A stretch of 64,000 nucleotides of DNA from Leucoraja ocellata. Its lineage: Eukaryota. Below, piece by piece: positions 12,856 to 25,930 of this stretch (position 1 is its first letter; each line of letters begins with the position of its first letter). The notes below the pieces were generated by a model. It searched no databases. It worked only from the letters and a program-made list of their open reading frames with translations, and was not told the DNA's origin. The stretch is from positions 3,224,001 to 3,288,000 of the forward strand of contig JAWMAR010000090.1 of assembly GCA_036785375.1 (NCBI GenBank). Reading direction: 5' to 3'. The position numbers and the translations under genes are program-made.

Positions 12856-14251
12856 AAGCCTAACATCTCCCATTTAGTGAATCTCGTAAATAATTATGCT
12901 TCAATGTGGCAATTTATCAAAGACAATCGGTGGGCTCCAGCTCCAGCTCCAACTTTAGTTAATATTGCCACTTAGAGTCTTAGAGTGGTACAGCATGGAG
13001 ACAGGCCCTACAGCCCAACCCATCCATGCTGACCTAGATCTCCATCTAAGCTCATCTATTTTGCCTGTATTCCCCTCAACCTTTCCGATCCACTTTTTCA
13101 ATTTGACCACAAAACAATTTGAACTTCAGTAGCTGGTTATCTTCAAAAAAGTACACTAAAATAATAATACTAATGTCACCAATGTCCCATCGTTTATTTT
13201 GCTGTGCAATAAGGCTGTTTATTTTAACATTGATTTTATTGATTCTGTTTTACTTGAAAGTAGCTGACCACCATTTTGTTAAAACAACCTCAAAGATCAA
13301 GACGATCCCAGTGTTTGCACTGGAGTTGTGAAAAATAGATTTTGCTAAAGCCAGGTGTTCAGGACAAAGATTCCAACCTAACAAGTTTGTGCCTTGGAGA
13401 AAAACATGGAGGCTAGGAAATGCATGGAAGTTAATAGTGATTGTTTAAAGCAGGAGCCGCTACCCAAAACACCCGACTCCGACTCCTTAATTTCTTGTGT
13501 ATCCGACTCCGACTCCGACTCGGACCCCAACCCCAAGGTATAATAATTCTAAATCTGCTATGATGACGTTGCACAAGATGGCATTTCACAAGAACTACAT
13601 GAATCATCAGACTACTTTTTGAATCCATGTCCTTAAAATTTTGAGTCTAATGGTTGTAGCTTAGCTGTTGTGGCGTTTTTATTGTTTATTCTTGAAATAT
13701 AACATATAACAACATATAACAATTACAGCACGGAAACAGGCCATCTCGGCCCTACAAGTCCGTGCCGCACAAATGTTTTTTCCCCTTAGTCCCACCTGCC
13801 TGCACTCATACCATAACCCTCCATTCCCTTCTCATCCATATGCCTATCCAATTTATTTTTAAATTATACCAATGAACCTGCCTCCACCACTTCCACTGGA
13901 AGCTCATTCCACACCGCTACCACTCTCTGAGTAAAGAAGTTCCCCCTCATATTACCCCTAAACTTCTGTCCCTTAATTCCCTTAAATATATATATAATAT
14001 ATAAAGTCCCTTAAATATATATATAATTCATTATGCTACAAGAAAAAAAAAATACATATAGGGCCATGACCAAATTAAAATTCCATTGAATTAAATAATT
14101 ATAAAGGCACTATTCCAAAATGTATTAAACTGCCACAGGTATGAGCTAAATGTGATAAATGATGACAAAAAATAATTCTCAAGTGCAATAGAAATTAAAA
14201 CTAAATGCGTAGGTAGTTAAGTTTGCTACAAAAGTACATACCTAAAATGTA

Positions 14252-14520
14252 TTAATAACTTGTCCTTAGGAACAGAATTACTTCTGCCAGATCCTCTTTC
14301 ATCGAAGCCTTTAAATCTGATTTAATTACTTTCAGTACAGAGAACAGTCTCTCCATGCTGACCTGAGTGGGTGGTATGGCTGTTACTATCATTGCTGCAA
14401 ATTTGACTATTTCTGGATAAGCAGGGGTGACTTATTGCACTGTAAGTTTAGATGAGCGATCATATTTCTCTACTTCTTTTAAACCACCAAGAAAATCTTG
14501 CTTAAATTCCATTAATTTAA
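14252..14520 (-). pseudogene. hAT transposase C-terminal dimerisation domain fragment
   Basis: Manual translation: KEVEKYDRSSKLTVQ*VTPAYPEIVKFAAMIVTAIPPTQVSMERLFSVLKVIKSDLKASMKEDLAEVILFLRTSY*. It contains the ERLFS motif and one internal stop. Confidence 0.85.
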
Positions 14521-14787
14521 CATCAAAAGGCTGATGTTTGGCCTTTGCTGAATGTATTTATCACATAAGCCCAATTTCTTCTGACAGTCTAATTAACAGC
14601 TAGTTTTAACAACTGGCTGGTAGCTTGTTAATAACTAATGTTGTAAAGAAAACTTCAAGGTTAAATTCCAAATGCAAAACGTAACTAAATGTTACCAAAT
14701 TAACCACACTCACCGAATTCTCAATGTTGCAGCAATGGCTAAATGGCCTCCTTCAATGCCTTATTGACTCTGACAAACTCTATGAAT

Positions 14788-14996
14788 GATAGACACAAAG
14801 TGCTAGAGTGACTCAGCGGGCCAGGCAGCATCTCTGGAGAAAAAGGATGGGGTGACGTTTCAGGGCGGGACCCTTCATCAGACCCGAAACGTCACCCATC
14901 CGTGTTCGCCAGAATTGCTGCCTGACCCGCTGAGTTACTCCAGCACTTTGTGTCTATTTTCAGTATAGACCAACATCTGCAGTTCCTTTCTACACA
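14788..14996. repeat. Palindromic Penelope pLTR-derived element
   Basis: gatagacacaaagtgctagagtgactcagcggg ... cccgctgagttactccagcactttgtgtctat form inverted arms. Confidence 0.75.
14854..14881 (-). ncRNA. Minimal hammerhead ribozyme core (canonical CUGAUGA)
   Basis: Minus strand CTGATGA AGGG TCCCG CCCT GAAAC GTC shows both core boxes, helix II and a GUC site. Helix III is reduced to the ACGT palindrome and helix I is weak. Confidence 0.55.
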
Positions 14997-15262
14997 TTAG
15001 AACTCTATGAAATTGCACTCTGATAAAAAATACACACTGTGCTACCAAGGAAAAGATCTATAAGGTAGACACAAAAAGCTGGAGTAACTCAGCAGGTCAG
15101 ACAGCAACTCTTGAGAAAAGGAATAGGTGACATTTCGGATCGAGAACTGTAAGGGCAGTTTCAGTCATTTAGTAGCTGCACTTTGGAGATGATTGCAATG
15201 CATGCAATATTCATGTCTGCTCTGATACCTCTTGAGCATGGAGTTTGATGCTATTGATGCTA

Positions 15263-15702
15263 TTTAAATGGGCTTGCCCCGCCTTACCTCTCTGAGCTGC
15301 TTCATGCATACGCTCCTGCCCGGTGCCTCAGGTCAGCTGATCAGCTGCTCCTGGAGGTACCGAGGTCTAAGCGGAAACTAAGAGGGGATAGAGCCTTCTC
15401 TGTTGCTGCTCCGGCACTATGGAACACTCTGCCATTGCACATCAGACAGGCCCCCTCACTGTCCATCTTCAAAACCAGTATTAAAACACATTTATATTCC
15501 TTGGCTTTTGACCCTGCTTGAGACTTTGCTCCTGTTTTAGTGCTTTTAATGTTTTTAATTTTATTGTTTTTACTCTCTCTTTCAATGTTTTTATTGTCGT
15601 GTAATAATTTCTTGTCCATGATTAGTCATGTACAGCACTTTGTTGCAACAGTGGTTGTTTTTCAAGTGCTCTATAAATAAAGTTATTATTATTATTATTA
15701 TT
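15263..15702 (+). mobile_element. L2-clade LINE 3' end
   Basis: LNGLAPPYLSELL..LRSADQLLLEVPRSKRKLRGDRAFSVAAPALWNTLPLHIRQAPSLSIFKTSIKTHLYSLAF, followed by a 3'UTR ending aataaag(tta)n. Confidence 0.8.
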
Positions 15703-16589
15703 CCTAAAGCAACAGTGTGCAGCTTACAGGGATATGGCAGAAATCAGTAGCAGCAGCCTGGAGTGATCATGAAGTGATCAAAGTGACTGCAACCTTTCTT
15801 CATAAATAATATAATCAACACAAGGCACACAAGTGAGGTTGCATTTAAGATGATTGGTAGTCCAGGATCATATTTTGGATAAAAATTACATTTTCAGTTC
15901 TTTTTAAAGTAATTTTTATAGAATATCATAGGGAAAGAGAAGGGAAAGAGGCTTGGAAATTTGGAGAATCAATCTAGAATTATGTTCCCATGTAGCTGAA
16001 AGCACGGTTTCCAATGCCAATTAGGTGAAATAACTCCTAATCATTTATATAATAGCCCTCAAAATAATGTGTTTAACCCTGATACTGTTCTGATTAGTCT
16101 CCCAGATGGCAGCACATGTGATTTCTCATTCTCTCGGGTAGGAATAAAGTGTACGGTATGTTTAAAAAGTTGGATTTATTTCCGATTTACGTAGTCTCTG
16201 AAATTTATGTTGAGGTTGGAGTCGGAGTCAAAACCTTTTCACCGACCCCGACTCCAGCAGCACCAAAAATGCTCAGACTCCGACTCGACGTCCGACTCAA
16301 CGACTCCGACTATACAGCCCTGGTTTAAAGAGGGTCCATATTACAGACGAGGAGGTGCTGGAGATTTTAAGAAGATAGTCAAGAGTGTTTTATTGTCATA
16401 TGTCCCACTTAGAACAACAAAATTCTTACTTGCTGCAGCACAACAGAATATGTAAACATAGTACACTGGAAACAATATAATAAACGAGAGAGGGAAAAAC
16501 AAGTTCAATGAGTGTGTATATGCACATACTCACAAATACACATATTATATATATATCATTAAAATGCATAAAAATAGATACATCTCATC

Positions 16590-18430
16590 ACTCTGTTCAT
16601 GTATATCCTAGAATTGTGGACAGCTAGGGAATAAATTGCAGGATCCCTGACTGATATTTATATCATCAATCACCATGGATGAGGTGCCGGAAGACTGGAA
16701 GGTGGCTAAGGATGTGCGTGTATTTACGAAAGGCTGCAAGGAAAAGCCTGGGAACTACAGACTAGTGAATCTAACATCAGTGGCATTTAGATGACTGGAG
16801 TTGATACTGAGACAAAGGATCTACATGCATTTGAAAACCCCAGAACTGAGTTTGGGGCATGGCTTTGTGCATGGGAAACTGTGTCTTCTGATCTTCATTG
16901 CTTTTTTTGAAGCTTTTTAAGACGAATGATGAGGGCATTGCAGTGGACGTTACCTGCGTGGACTTGTATGGGCTACATGGATTCTAAATTGTTCGGGTGG
17001 CATGGTGGTGCATTGGTAGAGTTGCTGCCTTACTGCACCAGAGACCCAGCGACCCAGGTTCAATCCTGACCATGGGTGCTGTCTGTACAGAGTTTATACA
17101 TTCTCCCTGTGACCGCGTGGGTTTACTCCAGGTTCTCCGGTTTCCTTCCACACTCCAAAAACGTGCGGATTTGTAGGTTAATTGGCGTCTGTAAATTGTC
17201 CCTGGAGTGGAGCATAGAAGTAATGTACGGGTTGATTGTTGGCCGGTGCAGGCTCGGTGGGCCGACGGGCATATTTCCACACTGTATCTCTAAACTAAAC
17301 TAAACTAAACTAAATGATACTAAACTAAACTAGACTAGACTTTAGCAAGGCCTTTGACATGTTACCACACAGGAGGCGGGTCTGGCAGTTTAGCTCACAT
17401 GGGATCCAGCACGAGCTTGCCAATTGGATACAAAATTGGCTTGAAGGTTAGAAGACCGATGCGGTGGTAGAGGGCCGGTTTTCAGATGGCAGGCCTGTGA
17501 TTAGCGGTGGGTCACATGGTTCACTGCTGGGACTACAGTTCTTTATTTTTATTTATGATTTGGATGTGAATGTAGGAGGCGTCATTAGTGAACGTGTGGA
17601 TGACACTAAAGTTAGTGGCAAAGAGCACAATGAAGAAGGCTCTCTCAGATTACAGTGGGATCTTGATCAACTGGGGCAATGGGCAGAGGAATGAGTGATG
17701 GAGTGTAATTCAGATAAATGAGAAGTGTTGCATTTTGGTTTACAAACTAGGGTAGGACTTGCACAGTAAAAAAGGTATGGCGCTTAGCCCTATGTTATAG
17801 AATATTGAGACACAGGGGTGCTGGTACATAGTTCTATGAAAATGGCAACACAACTAGGCAGGGTGGTGAAGAAATAGTTGAGTATGCTTGCCGTTATCGA
17901 TCAATGTATTGAACACGGGAGCTGTGATGTCATGTTACAGGTGTATTACACATGAGTCAGGGCAAATTTGGAGTAGTTCTGGTCACCCTGCTAGAGGAAG
18001 GATGCCATTAGATTGATGAGGATGATACCAGGTCTGGAAGGGTTGAGTTACAAGGATAGGCTGGATAGGCTGCGTCTTTTTTCCCTGGAGTATGGAGGCT
18101 GAGGCAGGGTTGATCTTACAGGGGTTATAAAAGCATGAGGGACCTTCATAAGGTGAATAGCCACAGTCTTTTCCCAAGGTAGGGGATTCTAAAACTAGAG
18201 AGGATTCCTTTAAGGCGAGAAGGGAAAGATTTAAAAGGGATCGGAGGATGGTATGTTTATGAAACGAGCTGCATGAGAAAGTGGGTGTAATTACATCATT
18301 TAAAAGACACTTGGACAGGTACATGGATCGGAATGGTTGGGCCATGTGGAAGCGAGTGAGATTGGCTTTTTTAGGCAACTTGGTCGGCACAGAGCCGAAG
18401 GGTCTGTTTCAATGTAGAGTACAAGTATGA
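16590..18430 (+). mobile_element. Degenerate CR1 LINE ORF2 (RT) to 3' end, interrupted by a V-SINE at 16997-17340
   Basis: VPEDWKVA..KPGNYRLVNLTSV, DFSKAFD, SGGSHGSLLG, VDDTK, LQWDLDQLGQWAEE motifs with stops and frameshifts. Confidence 0.85.
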
Positions 18431-18479
18431 CTCTAGGGTAGGTTTTGGGCCAAGTACAATCCTGGGCTATTTTAACCTT

Positions 18480-18912
18480 GGTTTATACTCTCTAGAATTT
18501 AGGAGATTGAGAGGGGATCTTATAGAAACTTACAAAATTCTTAAGGGGTTGAACAGGCTAGATGCAGGAAGATTGTTCCCGATGTTGGGGAAGTCCAGGA
18601 CAAGGGGTCACAGCTTAAGGATAAGGGGGAAATCCTTTAAAACCGAGATGAGGAGAACCTTTTTCACACAGAGAGTGGTGAATCTCTGGAACTCTCTGCC
18701 ACAGAGGGTAGTTGAGGCCAGTTCATTGGCTATATTTAAGAGGGAGTTAGATGTGGCCCTTGTGGCCAAGGGGATCAGAGGGTATGGAGAGAAGGCAGGT
18801 ACGGGATACTGAGTTGATGATCAGCCATGATCATATTGAATGGCGGTGCAGGCTCGAAGGGCCGAATGGCCTACTCCTGCACCTAATTTCTATGTTTCTA
18901 TGTTTCTATGTT
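18480..18912 (+). mobile_element. Young CR1 (HER1-like) LINE 3' end with (TTTCTATG)n tail
   Basis: ORF 18507-18812 RGDLIETYKILKG..FFTQRVVNLWNSLPQ, 3' hairpin and microsatellite tail. Confidence 0.9.
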
Positions 18913-19304
18913 TCATTATAAACTGGCAGGTTTATAGATCTGAGAGCAAACTGTTCAACCTTCTAGGGAACAAATTTGAACTGGTCAGCCAGGAGCCTAT
19001 TTACAGTGGGAATGCACCTTGTAAACTGGGACTATGTTTCCTTGGGCTCTTTTAATTAGTGTAATGTGAGAAGGTGAGTCTTGGATCAGTTCCCAGACCC
19101 TTGGAGAAGCTCGGGGATAAGGAGGAGTGAATTTCTGTTCTCGAGCTACACTGGGAGGGTTGCCAACTACTCTCAGTACATTACAGAAGGGCTGAACACC
19201 AGGACTGTCATCCCCAGGAACCTGAGACAGTAGATAAAATGTCACAATGACTTACAGCAATAGCAAGAGTGAGTACTACTTCTCATTTATTCCAATCCCT
19301 GTAT

Positions 19305-19926
19305 CTAGATTTGAGTATAGGAGCAAGGAGGTCCTACTGCAGTTGTACAAGACCTTGGTAAGACAACACTGGAGTATTGTGTGCAGTTTTGGTCTCCTAA
19401 TTTGAGGAAGGACATTCTTGCTATTGAGGGAGTTCAACGTAGGTTTACAAGGTTAATTCTTGAGGCGTTGGGACTGTCATATGCTGAGAGAATGGAGCGG
19501 CTGGGCTTGTTTACTCTGGAAATTAAAAGGATGAGAGGGAATCTTATTGAAACATATAAGATTATTAAGTGTTTGGACACGCTAGAGGCAGGAAACATGT
19601 TCCCGATGTTGGGGGAGTCCAGAACCAGAAGCCACATTTTAAGAATAAGGTGTAAGGCGTTTAGAACGGAGAAGAGGAAACACTTTTTCTCACAGAGAGC
19701 TGTGAGTCTGTGGAATTCTCTGCCTCAGAGGGCGGTGGAGGCCGGTTCTCTGGATACTTTAAAGAGAGAGCTAGATAGGGCTCTTAAAGATAGCGGAGTC
19801 AGGGGATATGGGGCGAAGGCAAGAATGGGGTACGGATTGTGGATGATCAGCCATGATCACATTGAATGGCGGTGCTGGCTCGAAGGGCCTAATGGCCTAC
19901 TCCTGCACCTATTGTCTATTGTCTAT
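19305..19926 (+). mobile_element. CR1 3' part, (TTGTCTA)n-tail subfamily
   Basis: ORF 19381-20061 QFWSPNLRKDILAIEGVQRRFTRLI..LWNSLPQRAVEA. Confidence 0.9.
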
Positions 19927-20344
19927 TTCAGTCACCACATACACACCACTTGTTTTCCTGCAGGACAAAATAGTCCAAATAATTGTTTTAGAAACAAGTC
20001 TGGAGAAAGACTAGTTGATCCAATGCTCCCCAGGAGAGATGTGTTGTTTGTGGGCCAGTGAGGGCCCCGTGTGATGTGCTGTTTGAGCCCGGAGTCTCTG
20101 GCAACAACAAGTGTCTCATCAATAAGCACTGGAAAAGCTCACCCAGTAAGCTTGTTCACATCTATTTAGACTGTACAACTGTGTGGGCCGAAAACATCTC
20201 CTCTTATTCCTTTCCATTAGTTTATTATTGGACAAATAGCTGAAACCTTTTTGAAGACGACTTTGTAATTGAAAGGGGATCCGTCAGACCGGATAATGTC
20301 ATGTTTCCCGACTGACCCAAGCAACAACAGAATAGCAGCCTGAC

Positions 20345-20640
20345 TCCCAAAATGCCCTCATCCTGCTCTTGGCTTGTCATTGATTAAGTAATGATCTGAA
20401 TAGCTCTGGTTAAGAAGATAGTGGAGACTTTGTAATGCAGCACTGTACAGAGGCTGTGAGATGTGGAATATGTGCCGTAGCATCCTAGTAGGACTCTGAG
20501 GTGAAGTATTTCTGAAAGTGGAATAATTTTCAGGGCAATTAGCTAAATGTGATTCCATAGCTCAGCAGACAGTGTTGGTCCTGTATGAGAAGTGGAAGGT
20601 TCACTGACTAGCAGCTAACTTGGCTTAGAGTAAGTAAGAA
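20345..20640 (+). repeat. ~300-bp local direct duplication, copy 1
   Basis: tcccaaaatgccctcatcctg...gagtaagtaagaa aligns end to end with 21732-22034. Confidence 0.9.
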
Positions 20641-21089
20641 ATGGCGGTGGAAAAGTCCACGCTGCGCCAGCTGCTGAAGCTCTGGGCCTGACTCCGGGAC
20701 AGGCCGCACCAATCCAAGCTGTTAAGCCGCGAGCGAGGCGGAGAAGCGACATGGAAAAAGTTGCCTCTCCCTCGAGGAAGTGACTGAAAAACATTTTCCC
20801 CTTCCCCCCCCCACATAAGACATACCGAGAGACACTAAAACAAACATTTGGACATAAGAAACAAAACAAAACAATGTTGAAATAACGAACACGCTGCTGG
20901 CGGGGCAGCTGATGCGCAGCGCCCACAACCTTGAACTTGAAGCTCCAGTGATGGCTTTGTAGATTTTCGGATTATACTGGGGCTCGGATAAATTAGCATT
21001 TTTGAACAGCAGAGGTCCACCATGCATACATCAGTGCAATAAGTGGCAATAGGCTTTCAGGTTGACCCCTGCCTTATGATGTTTGCCCT

Positions 21090-21402
21090 TCTGCTGACCG
21101 AGAGTCAGGGGAGAGGGAGACAAGGAAGTATAAGGTGTGAAGACAGGTGAGGCTGAAGGAAAATGTGGAATCGATCATTGTTAGTAAGGAGAAGGTGACA
21201 ACGAAGCAAAAGAGCGAATAAAACCTAATTAGGGGGACAATCAGACTGGTCAGAGAACTAGGAAATGGGAGAGATGGAGAGAGAGAGAGAGAGAGAAAGC
21301 AAAGGATTGAAGTTAGAGAAGTTAATATTCATACCGCTGGGGTGTAAGCTGCACGTGAAATATGAGGTGCTGTTCCTCCAACTTGCACTGGGCCTCACTC
21401 TG
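21090..21402 (-). mobile_element. Penelope-like element 3' fragment
   Basis: Minus strand encodes QSEAQCKLEEQHLIF and then, after a frameshift, SGMNINFSNF. The UTR matches the 56820-57040 copy. Confidence 0.7.
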
Positions 21403-21731
21403 TCTGGTCTGGTTGCTTTGCAGAGAGCATATTCTTATTACCTTTCAATACTCTGGAGGACAGCAGCAGCAGGGGAATAGCATCACAAGATGAAGGCACC
21501 TCCAGGCTAATGTTCTCCTCAGTCAATCTTCATACAGCATAAGCATTTAACAGCATATGGTTAAAGGGGAGGCATTTCACAGCCAATTACCTGTTGAATT
21601 GTGGTCATTGTTGTAATTCAGGGAAAGGATTTATGGCTTTTCTGTGGAAGGAGAGCTCCTGGCTTATCCTCTAATATATAAGTGCAATCAATGATGTCCT
21701 AAGCACAAGAAAAGCTGACCACTCTAGCAAA

Positions 21732-22034
21732 TCCCAAAATGCCCTCATCCTGCCTCTTGGCTTGTCATTGATTAAGTAATGTTCTGAATAGCTCTGGTTA
21801 CGAAGATAGTGGAGACTTTGTGATGCAGCAGTGCTCGGAGGCTGGGAGATGTGGAATGTGTGCCTTGTAGCATCCTAGAAGGAGCCTGAGGTGAAATATT
21901 TCTGATAGCGGAGTAATTTTTAGGGCAATTAGCAAAATGTGATCCCATAGCTCAGCAGGCAGTATTGGTGCTGTATGAAATGTGGAAGGTTCTCTGACTA
22001 GCAGCTAACGTGACTTAGACAGAGTAAGTAAGAA
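21732..22034 (+). repeat. ~300-bp local direct duplication, copy 2
   Basis: Colinear with 20345-20640, with scattered substitutions and small indels. Confidence 0.9.
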
Positions 22035-23810
22035 AAATCAATCAAGGAACCAAGCTTTGAAACCCATTGATCAGTAAGACAATTCTCCCAATAATCGATC
22101 AGGTGTGTGCTCTCTTCCCTTACTCTTCCAGTGCTGGTGATAGGACGCTGAAGCCATTGTCATTAATTTTGGTGAGGAGGTAGAGTAGAAAAATATTACC
22201 AAAATCCAATAGCATCACAGCACCTGGAAAAGGCAGCCATTAGTTCCCAACAGTTTTAGTTTTCGAGATACAGCATGGAAACAGGCCCTTCAGCCCATTG
22301 AGTCTGCACAAATCAGTGATCCCCGCACTTTAATACTATCCTACACGCACAAAGGACAATTTACAATCTATAATCTTTGCCATGTGGGAGGTAACAGGAG
22401 ATCCCGGGGAAACCCCACACATGTCACGGGGAGAAAGTACAAGCCCCATGCAAACAGCACCCATAGTCAGGATGGAACCCGGTTCTTTGGCGCTGTGAGG
22501 CAGTAACTCTACCGCTGCGCCACCGTGCCGCACGGCTAGCAGTCTTTTTCTGATCTGACAATAATAGTGAAGATGATTAAAAAAAGGCATATTGAGTTCT
22601 GAATCAAGCTGAAAGTGTATTATTGAGAATCTACTTGTTCATCAGTTTCCTTCATGTGAAGCAGACTGCATTAAATTATGCTCACAAGCCTTTTCTTAAA
22701 AAATCTTTAAAAATGGCTTCATCTTATGTTATGACCTGAGGTGCACTTACAAATGCAAAAATAGTTTAACAAAATTGATTTATCTGCAAAAGATAACAAT
22801 CCATATTAAGTTTTGGTTAATTTTTGACAACCGTTTTATTGTTAATTACATCAGCAGTTCCTGATGAGGAAATCCTCTTCCCAAATCCAGTAATATTAAT
22901 GGATATTAAAACCAGTTGAGAAAAGCAGAGGTGGAGTTGCTGCCTTACAGCGCCAGAGACTCGAGTTCGATCCCGACTACGGGTGTTGTCTGTATGGAGT
23001 TTGTACGTTCATTGTCTAAAGTGACAATGAATTTGGAATGACGACGATGATGATTGATATCTCAGTGATATTCCGGCAATATTTATGTTTTGGAACCTGT
23101 TCTATTTCTGCGACATTTGTAATTTGATTTTATATTTCTTTAATTTTAAATTTGTGATTGTGTCTTCCCTCCACTCTAATGAAAAGGTTACTTCACCTTC
23201 TCTTTGTGAATCATCCTTGGTTTGTTCAGTGTTGTCTGTCAGAGGCTGACTGACGTCTTTCTATCTGTAAATCTCTGATTTTATAATGTGTGCTAATCTC
23301 ACCTTGGATTTTTCATCTGCAAAATAAATTAATGATCATTTCTTGTAATTTAATGTGTGACCGGAGGAACTAATTTTGAGCATTGAACATTCCTGCAGAT
23401 TTTGTTCCCACATCAAGGCTCTTTCTGTGTGATACAGTTCCAGTCAGATTTCTAATGTTCCTGTATCATTCAAGTATGTGACTTAACTAAATTCCTTCAA
23501 CATTCTTTGCATTGGCTTTGACATACTTTAGATTTCTTGGCATTACATGACCTTCAGATCTTGGTTCCAACATTCTTTGGATTCTTTAAGTTCCTCCATT
23601 CTTCCATTCTTCAGGTTGCCACGGTTCTTTTTGGTTTTCGATCTACGATTGAAAATTTTAATATACTCCGTTACCAGGTCATTGCTTGTCAAAACCGGCA
23701 TTTCATTCAACTGCACACACCTCATAAAACATAGAACAGTACATGACAGGAACAGGTCCTTTGGCCCACAATGTCAGTGCCAAACATGATGTCAAGAAAA
23801 AACTAATCTC

Positions 23811-24518
23811 AATAGACAACAGGTGCAGGAGTAGGCCATTCGGCCCTTCGAGCCAGCGCTACCATTCAATGTGATCATGGCTGATCATCCCCAATCAGTA
23901 CCCCGTTCCTGTCTTCTTCCCATATCCCCTGACTCCGCTATTTTTTGGAGCCCTATGTAGCTCTCTCTTGAAAGCATCCAGAGAACCTGCCTCCACCGCC
24001 CTTCGAGGCAGAGAATTCCACAGACTCACCACTTTCTGTGAGAAAAAGTGTTTCCTCGTGTCCGTTCTAAATGGCTTACCCCGTATTCTTAAACTGTGGC
24101 CCCTGGTTCCGGACTCCCCCAACATCGGGAATATGTTTCCTGCCTCTAGCGTGTCCAAACCCTTAACAATCTTATATGTTTCAATGAGATCCCGTCTCAT
24201 CCTTCTAAACTCCAGAGTGTACAAGCCCAGCTGCTCCATTCTCTCAGCATACGACAGTTCCGCCATCCCGGGAATTAACCTTGTAAACCTACGCTGCACT
24301 CCCTCAATAGCAAGAATGTCCTTCCTCAAATTAGGTGACCAAAACTGCACACAATACTCCAGGTGTGGTCTCACTAGGGCTCTGTACAACTGCAGAAGGA
24401 CCTCATTGCTCCTTTATTCGATTCCTCTTGTTATGAAGGCCAACATGCCATTCGCTTTCTTCACTGCCTGCTGTACCTGCATGCTTACTTTCATAGACTA
24501 ATGAACAAGGACCCCCAG
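23811..24518 (-). mobile_element. CR1 3' part, (TTGTCTA)n-tail subfamily
   Basis: ORF 23895-24389 YRALVRPHLEYCVQFWSP..LWNSLP. Confidence 0.9.
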
Positions 24519-24886
24519 CCTACAATAGCCTACATATGATCCACATCCCACCATCCTCTGCCTATCCGTGCATATTTAAAGGGCCGCACAATGGTGCAGA
24601 GGTAGAGTTGCTGCCTTACTGCGCCAGAGACTCGAGTTCGATCCCGACAACGGGTGTTGTCTGTATGGAGTTTGTACGTTCTCCCCGTGACCATGTGGCT
24701 TTCCCTGGGTGCTCCAGTTTCCTCCCACACTCCAAAGACGTCCAGGTTTATAGGTCAATTTGGCTTGGGTTAAAAAATTGTAAATTGTCCCTAGTGTGTA
24801 GGATAGTGTTGGTGTACGGGATAGCTGGTCGGCACGCCACTCGGTGTGCTGAAGGGCCTGTTTCCGTGCTATATCACTAAAACTAA

Positions 24887-25930
24887 ATGTGTCGATCTAA
24901 AAGCTTCTTAAATGTACTTTTGTACCTGCCTCCACCACCAACCCTGGCAGCCGTTCCAACCACCCACAACCCTCTGTGTAAAAAACATGTCCTGCACATC
25001 CCCTTTAAACTTTGCTCCTCTTACCTTAAAATTAAGCCTGCAAGCCTTGGACATTTCCACCCTTGCGGAAAGGTTCTGGCATGCACCATCTGTGCCTCTG
25101 ATCAATTTAAATACTTCTATCAAGTCTCCCCTCAACCTCTGGTGCTCCAGACAGAACAATCCAAGTCTATCCAACCTCTTCTTGTAGCTAATACCCCATA
25201 ATCCAGGCATCATTCTAATAAATCTCTTCTACTCTCTTTCCAAAATCTCTACATGCGCTATAATGTGGTGACCAGAACTGATTGCAATATGAAGCCTAAG
25301 CAAAGTCCTATAAAGCTGCATCATGATTTCCAGACTCTTAAACTAAATGTGCCAAAGCCTTCATTACACTCTATCTACTTGTGTTCCCACTTTCAGGGAG
25401 CTTAGACTTGATCCCTCTGATCCCTCTGTGCATCCACGCTGTTAAGAGTCCTGCCATTATCTATATACTTCCCCTTGTATTCCGACCACACAAAGTGCAC
25501 ACCTCACACTTGCTCGGATTAATCTCCATCTGCCATTTCTCTGCCCATTTCTGTATCTGGTCTATATGCCATAAGGACATAATGAATAGGAGTAGAGTTA
25601 GGCCATTCGGCCCATCAAGTTTACACCACCATTCAATCATGGCTGATCTATCTCTCGCTCTTAACCCCATTCTCCTGCCTTCTCCCCATAATCTCGGACA
25701 CCCATACTAATCAAGAATCTATCTATCTCTGCCTTAAAAATATCCATTGACTTGGCCTCCACAGCCTTCAGTGGTAAAGAATTCCACAGATTCACCACCC
25801 TCTGACTAAAGAAATTTCTCCTCATCTCTTTTCTAAAGACACGTCATTTTATTCTGAGACTATGGCGTCTGGTCCTAGAATCTCCCACTAGTGGAAACAT
25901 CATCTCCACGTCCACTCTTCCCAGGCCTTA
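24887..25930 (-). mobile_element. Two adjacent degenerate CR1 fragments
   Basis: ORFs 24908-25213 (RLRGDLIEVFK) and 25461-25670 (KWAEKWQMEINPSKCEV). A second CR1 tail starts near 25580. Confidence 0.8.

Larger units (their letters stand above)
13451..16322 (-). mobile_element. hAT-superfamily DNA transposon remnant with nested inserts
   Basis: 8-bp direct repeat gtttaaag at 13443-13450 and 16323-16330. Termini are cagg... and ...ccctg. Subterminal (cgactc)n arrays occur at both ends, and there is an internal transposase fragment. Confidence 0.7.
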
